From assembly GCA_031367385.1 (NCBI GenBank), contig JANLPS010000311.1, positions 1-28,640 of the forward strand: a stretch of DNA of 28,640 nt. Direction: 5' to 3'. This document shows, in pieces, positions 25,982-28,640 of this stretch. The notes beneath the pieces are model-generated. The model had not been told where the DNA came from and made no database searches. It worked only from the letters and a program-made list of their open reading frames with translations. Each line of letters starts with the position of its first letter. Positions within the stretch are counted from its first letter, which is position 1. The stretch comes from Archangium sp. (GTDB lineage: Bacteria > Myxococcota > Myxococcia > Myxococcales > Myxococcaceae). The translations under genes were made by a program, and so were the position numbers.

Positions 25982-28640
25982 ATGTCATTCCGTTCGGTGG
26001 TTCTGCTTGGTGTGGTCTCGTGTGCGACGGTGCCCGCGACGGGCGAGGCGCCGGGCCCGAAGCCGGTGCTGTTGCCCGAAGAGACGCACTTGAGCGAGCT
26101 CACCCAGCTCTCTTTCGGCGGCGAAAATGCCGAGGCCTATTGGAGCTTCGATGGGCGTTCTCTTTCGTTGCAGGCTCGCAAAGACAGCGAGGGGTGCGAC
26201 CGCATTTACACGCTCGCGCTCGACAACCCCGTACCCAAGCTGCTTTCGAGCGGCAAAGGCGCGACGACCTGCGCGCATTATCTGCCCGGAGGCGATGAGG
26301 TGATTTACGCCTCGACCCACCTCGGCGGCGAAGCCTGCCCCGCCAAGCCCGACATGAGCCTGGGGTACGTCTGGGCGCTCTACGACAGCTACGACATCTT
26401 CAAGGTGAAGACCGATGGCACTGGCCTGACCCGGTTGACCGATACCAAGGGGTACGACGCCGAGGGCACGGTGTGCGGCAAAGACGGGTCGATCATTTTC
26501 ACCTCGACCCGCGATGGCGACATCGAGCTGTATCGAATGGACAAAGACGGCCAGAACGTGAAGCGCCTCACGTCGACCCCCGGCTACGACGGCGGTGCGT
26601 TCTTCAACCAAGACTGCAGCAAGATCGTCTGGCGCGCGTCGCGGCCGAAGAACGAGCAGGAGCTCGCCGAGTTTCGCGAGCTGCTCGGCCGGGGCTTGGT
26701 GCGACCCTCGAAGCTCGATCTCTACGTGGCGAACGCCGATGGCAGTGATGCGCACCAGGTGACGTACCTGAACGCCGCCTCGTTCGCGCCCTTCTGGTTT
26801 CCCAACCGGGAGCGCATTTTGTTTTCGTCGAACGTGGGCGACCCCAAGGGCCGCGACTTCGACATCTGGGCGATCAACGCCGACGGCACTGACCTCGAGC
26901 GCATCACGTATGCCAAGGGCTTCGACGGGTTTCCGATGTTCTCGCCCGACGGCACCAGGCTCGCGTTCTCGTCGAATCGCGTGACCGCTGAGGGCCAGCA
27001 CGACACGAACCTCTTCGTCGCGAAGTGGGTCGAGGGGCCGGCCAAGGCCAAAGCTGACGCCGAGCGCACCGGAGCCGAGCGCATCTTGCAAGACGTGACC
27101 TGGCTCGCCGATGCGGCGCGTGAAGGCCGTGGGTTGGGCAGCAAGGGGCTGCGAGCGGCTGGTGACTATCTGGCTGACCGGTTCAAGGCGCTGGGCCTCG
27201 AGCCGCTCGGCGCGAACGGCACGTACCAGGCCCCGTTCGAGGTGACCACGCAGGTGACCCGCGGCGCGAGCACGGCGCTTTTGCTGGGCGGCAAAGAGGT
27301 GGCAGCGGCTGATTTCTCGCCGCTGGGTTTCAGCGCCCAGGGCTCGGTGAAGGGGCCGTTGGTGTTGGCCAACTACGGGCTCGATGACGCGGCCTTGGGG
27401 CTGAACGACTACGAGAAGCTCGAGGTGAGGGGCAAGATCGTGGTGGTCAGGCGGTTTGCGCCCGAGAGCGAGAAGTTGTCGACCTCAGAGCAGCAGCGCC
27501 GCGCGGGAGACCTTCGTCGCAAGGTGTTCAACGCCAAGTCGCGGGGGGCGAAGGCGGTGATTGTCGTTGATTGGCCCCTGGTGGCGGCGAAGGCTCCAAT
27601 GCCGGGCGAGGCGCCTCTGGTGACTTTGCGAAGAGAGAGCGCCGATGACGCCGGGTTGCCGGTGCTGATCGTGACCCGGGCCGCGATGGCGCCCGTCTGG
27701 CCGAAGCTCGAGGCGAAGCAGAGGGTCGAAGCGTCATTCACGGTGGCACTCGAGCTCGAAAGGGCCACGGCGTTCAACGTCGTCGGCGCGATTCGGGCAA
27801 CGCATGGTTCCGGTGAGGGGCCGCTGATCATCGGAGCGCACTATGATCACTTGGGTTTCGGCGGGCCGAATTCACTCGCGCCTGATCAGCATGTCGTTCA
27901 CCCCGGCGCTGATGACAACGCCTCGGGCACGTCGACGATGCTGGAAATCGCTCGATTGCTGATGTCTCGCCGCGACGAGCTGGCCCGCGACGTGGTGATG
28001 GTGGCGTTCTCGGGTGAAGAAGAAGGCGTGCTCGGCTCGAATGCGCTCGTGCAATCGAAGCCGGAGTGGCTCAGCAAGAGCGTCGCGATGCTCAACCTCG
28101 ACATGGTCGGTCGGCTGCGCGGAAATACCTTGTCGGTGCTGGGCAATGACACGGCTCCGCAGTGGAGCGCGATGATTCAAAAGGCCTGCGGGTCGTCACG
28201 GGTCGTGTGTAACGCGAGCGGCGACGGGTATGGGCCGAGCGACCACATGACGTTTTATACGGCGGGGTACCCGGTGCTGTTCTTCTTCACCGGCTCGCAC
28301 AGCGAGTACCACAAGCCCACTGACACCGCGGCCACCATCAACGCGGGTGGCGCGGGGCAGATTGCGAAGATCGTGGCTGACATCGCGGTCGAAGCGACGG
28401 CGACGCCTTTGACGTTTCAGCGGGTGGCGAGCCCTCCGGTTGCGGGTGATGCGAGGTCGTTCAATGCGTCATTGGGTACGGTACCGAATTATGGCGGCCC
28501 TCCACCGGGGGTGAAGGGCGTGCTGCTCGATGACGTGCGGCCGGGCGGCGGGGCTGAGAAGGGCGGGCTCAAACGGGGCGACATCATCACCAAGCTCGGC
28601 AAGTTTGACGTCGGCAGCGTGGAGGATTTGATGTTCGTGC
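25982..28640 (+). CDS. Predicted lipoprotein: PD40/TolB-like propeller fused to PA domain, M28 peptidase and PDZ (3' partial)
   Basis: Manual translation from ATG 25982: MSFRSVVLLGVVSC (lipobox-like), QLSFGGENAEAYWSFDG, GYDAEGT, FTSTRDGDIELY, GYDGGAFF, FDGFPMFSPDG; then GRGLGSKG, PA insert, GAHYDHLG, GADDNASG, FSGEEEG, NLDMVG, SDH, YHKPTD; PDZ SLGTVPNY..GLKRGDII. Same reading frame at 25982, 27839 and 28622. Confidence 0.92.
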   Translation, partial: MSFRSVVLLGVVSCATVPATGEAPGPKPVLLPEETHLSELTQLSFGGENAEAYWSFDGRSLSLQARKDSEGCDRIYTLALDNPVPKLLSSGKGATTCAHYLPGGDEVIYASTHLGGEACPAKPDMSLGYVWALYDSYDIFKVKTDGTGLTRLTDTKGYDAEGTVCGKDGSIIFTSTRDGDIELYRMDKDGQNVKRLTSTPGYDGGAFFNQDCSKIVWRASRPKNEQELAEFRELLGRGLVRPSKLDLYVANADGSDAHQVTYLNAASFAPFWFPNRERILFSSNVGDPKGRDFDIWAINADGTDLERITYAKGFDGFPMFSPDGTRLAFSSNRVTAEGQHDTNLFVAKWVEGPAKAKADAERTGAERILQDVTWLADAAREGRGLGSKGLRAAGDYLADRFKALGLEPLGANGTYQAPFEVTTQVTRGASTALLLGGKEVAAADFSPLGFSAQGSVKGPLVLANYGLDDAALGLNDYEKLEVRGKIVVVRRFAPESEKLSTSEQQRRAGDLRRKVFNAKSRGAKAVIVVDWPLVAAKAPMPGEAPLVTLRRESADDAGLPVLIVTRAAMAPVWPKLEAKQRVEASFTVALELERATAFNVVGAIRATHGSGEGPLIIGAHYDHLGFGGPNSLAPDQHVVHPGADDNASGTSTMLEIARLLMSRRDELARDVVMVAFSGEEEGVLGSNALVQSKPEWLSKSVAMLNLDMVGRLRGNTLSVLGNDTAPQWSAMIQKACGSSRVVCNASGDGYGPSDHMTFYTAGYPVLFFFTGSHSEYHKPTDTAATINAGGAGQIAKIVADIAVEATATPLTFQRVASPPVAGDARSFNASLGTVPNYGGPPPGVKGVLLDDVRPGGGAEKGGLKRGDIITKLGKFDVGSVEDLMFV

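Noticed and set aside
25985..28180. Minus-strand ORFs 25985..27091, 27409..27831 and others
   Set aside because: Antisense to the continuous plus-strand peptidase gene, which the ORF track omitted because it has no stop in the window.
1..28640. CRISPR arrays, tRNA/rRNA genes, IS elements, prophage or defence genes
   Set aside because: No spaced direct repeats, cloverleafs, transposase, integrase or nuclease motifs were seen by eye. Intergenic gaps are all under about 220 nt.

Overview
GC-rich, gene-dense chromosomal window, very probably from a myxobacterium (Myxococcota); the main evidence is an aglRQS-type gliding-motor operon. From left to right: a partial archaeal/eukaryotic-type proS; a large lipoprotein with five Ig-like (ASH/choice-of-anchor D type) repeats and a CxxCH-bearing TolB-like propeller; a second, stand-alone aglQ-like ExbD/TolR gene; an orphan FecCD/BtuC permease; glutamine-dependent nadE; START, Lon-N and DedA genes; aglS-aglQ-aglR with a sigma70 promoter and terminator; a divergent MshEN (c-di-GMP receptor) protein; four histidine-kinase-type genes (one is HisKA-only and frameshifted); a DUF4239-like membrane protein; an M28 peptidase; a thioesterase; a lipase/esterase; a general stress protein; a Zn-ribbon membrane protein; a Ycf46-like AAA ATPase; and a partial PD40-PA-M28-PDZ lipoprotein. 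I saw no rRNA, tRNA, CRISPR array or mobile element. The best candidate for an undescribed system is the duplicated AglQ-like stator subunit, which keeps its proton-carrying Asp. It lies between the metal-chelate permease and the CxxCH surface lipoprotein, and both it and the lipoprotein have their ribosome-binding sites inside perfect 9-bp stems. All calls come from manual motif reading; no database searches were run.
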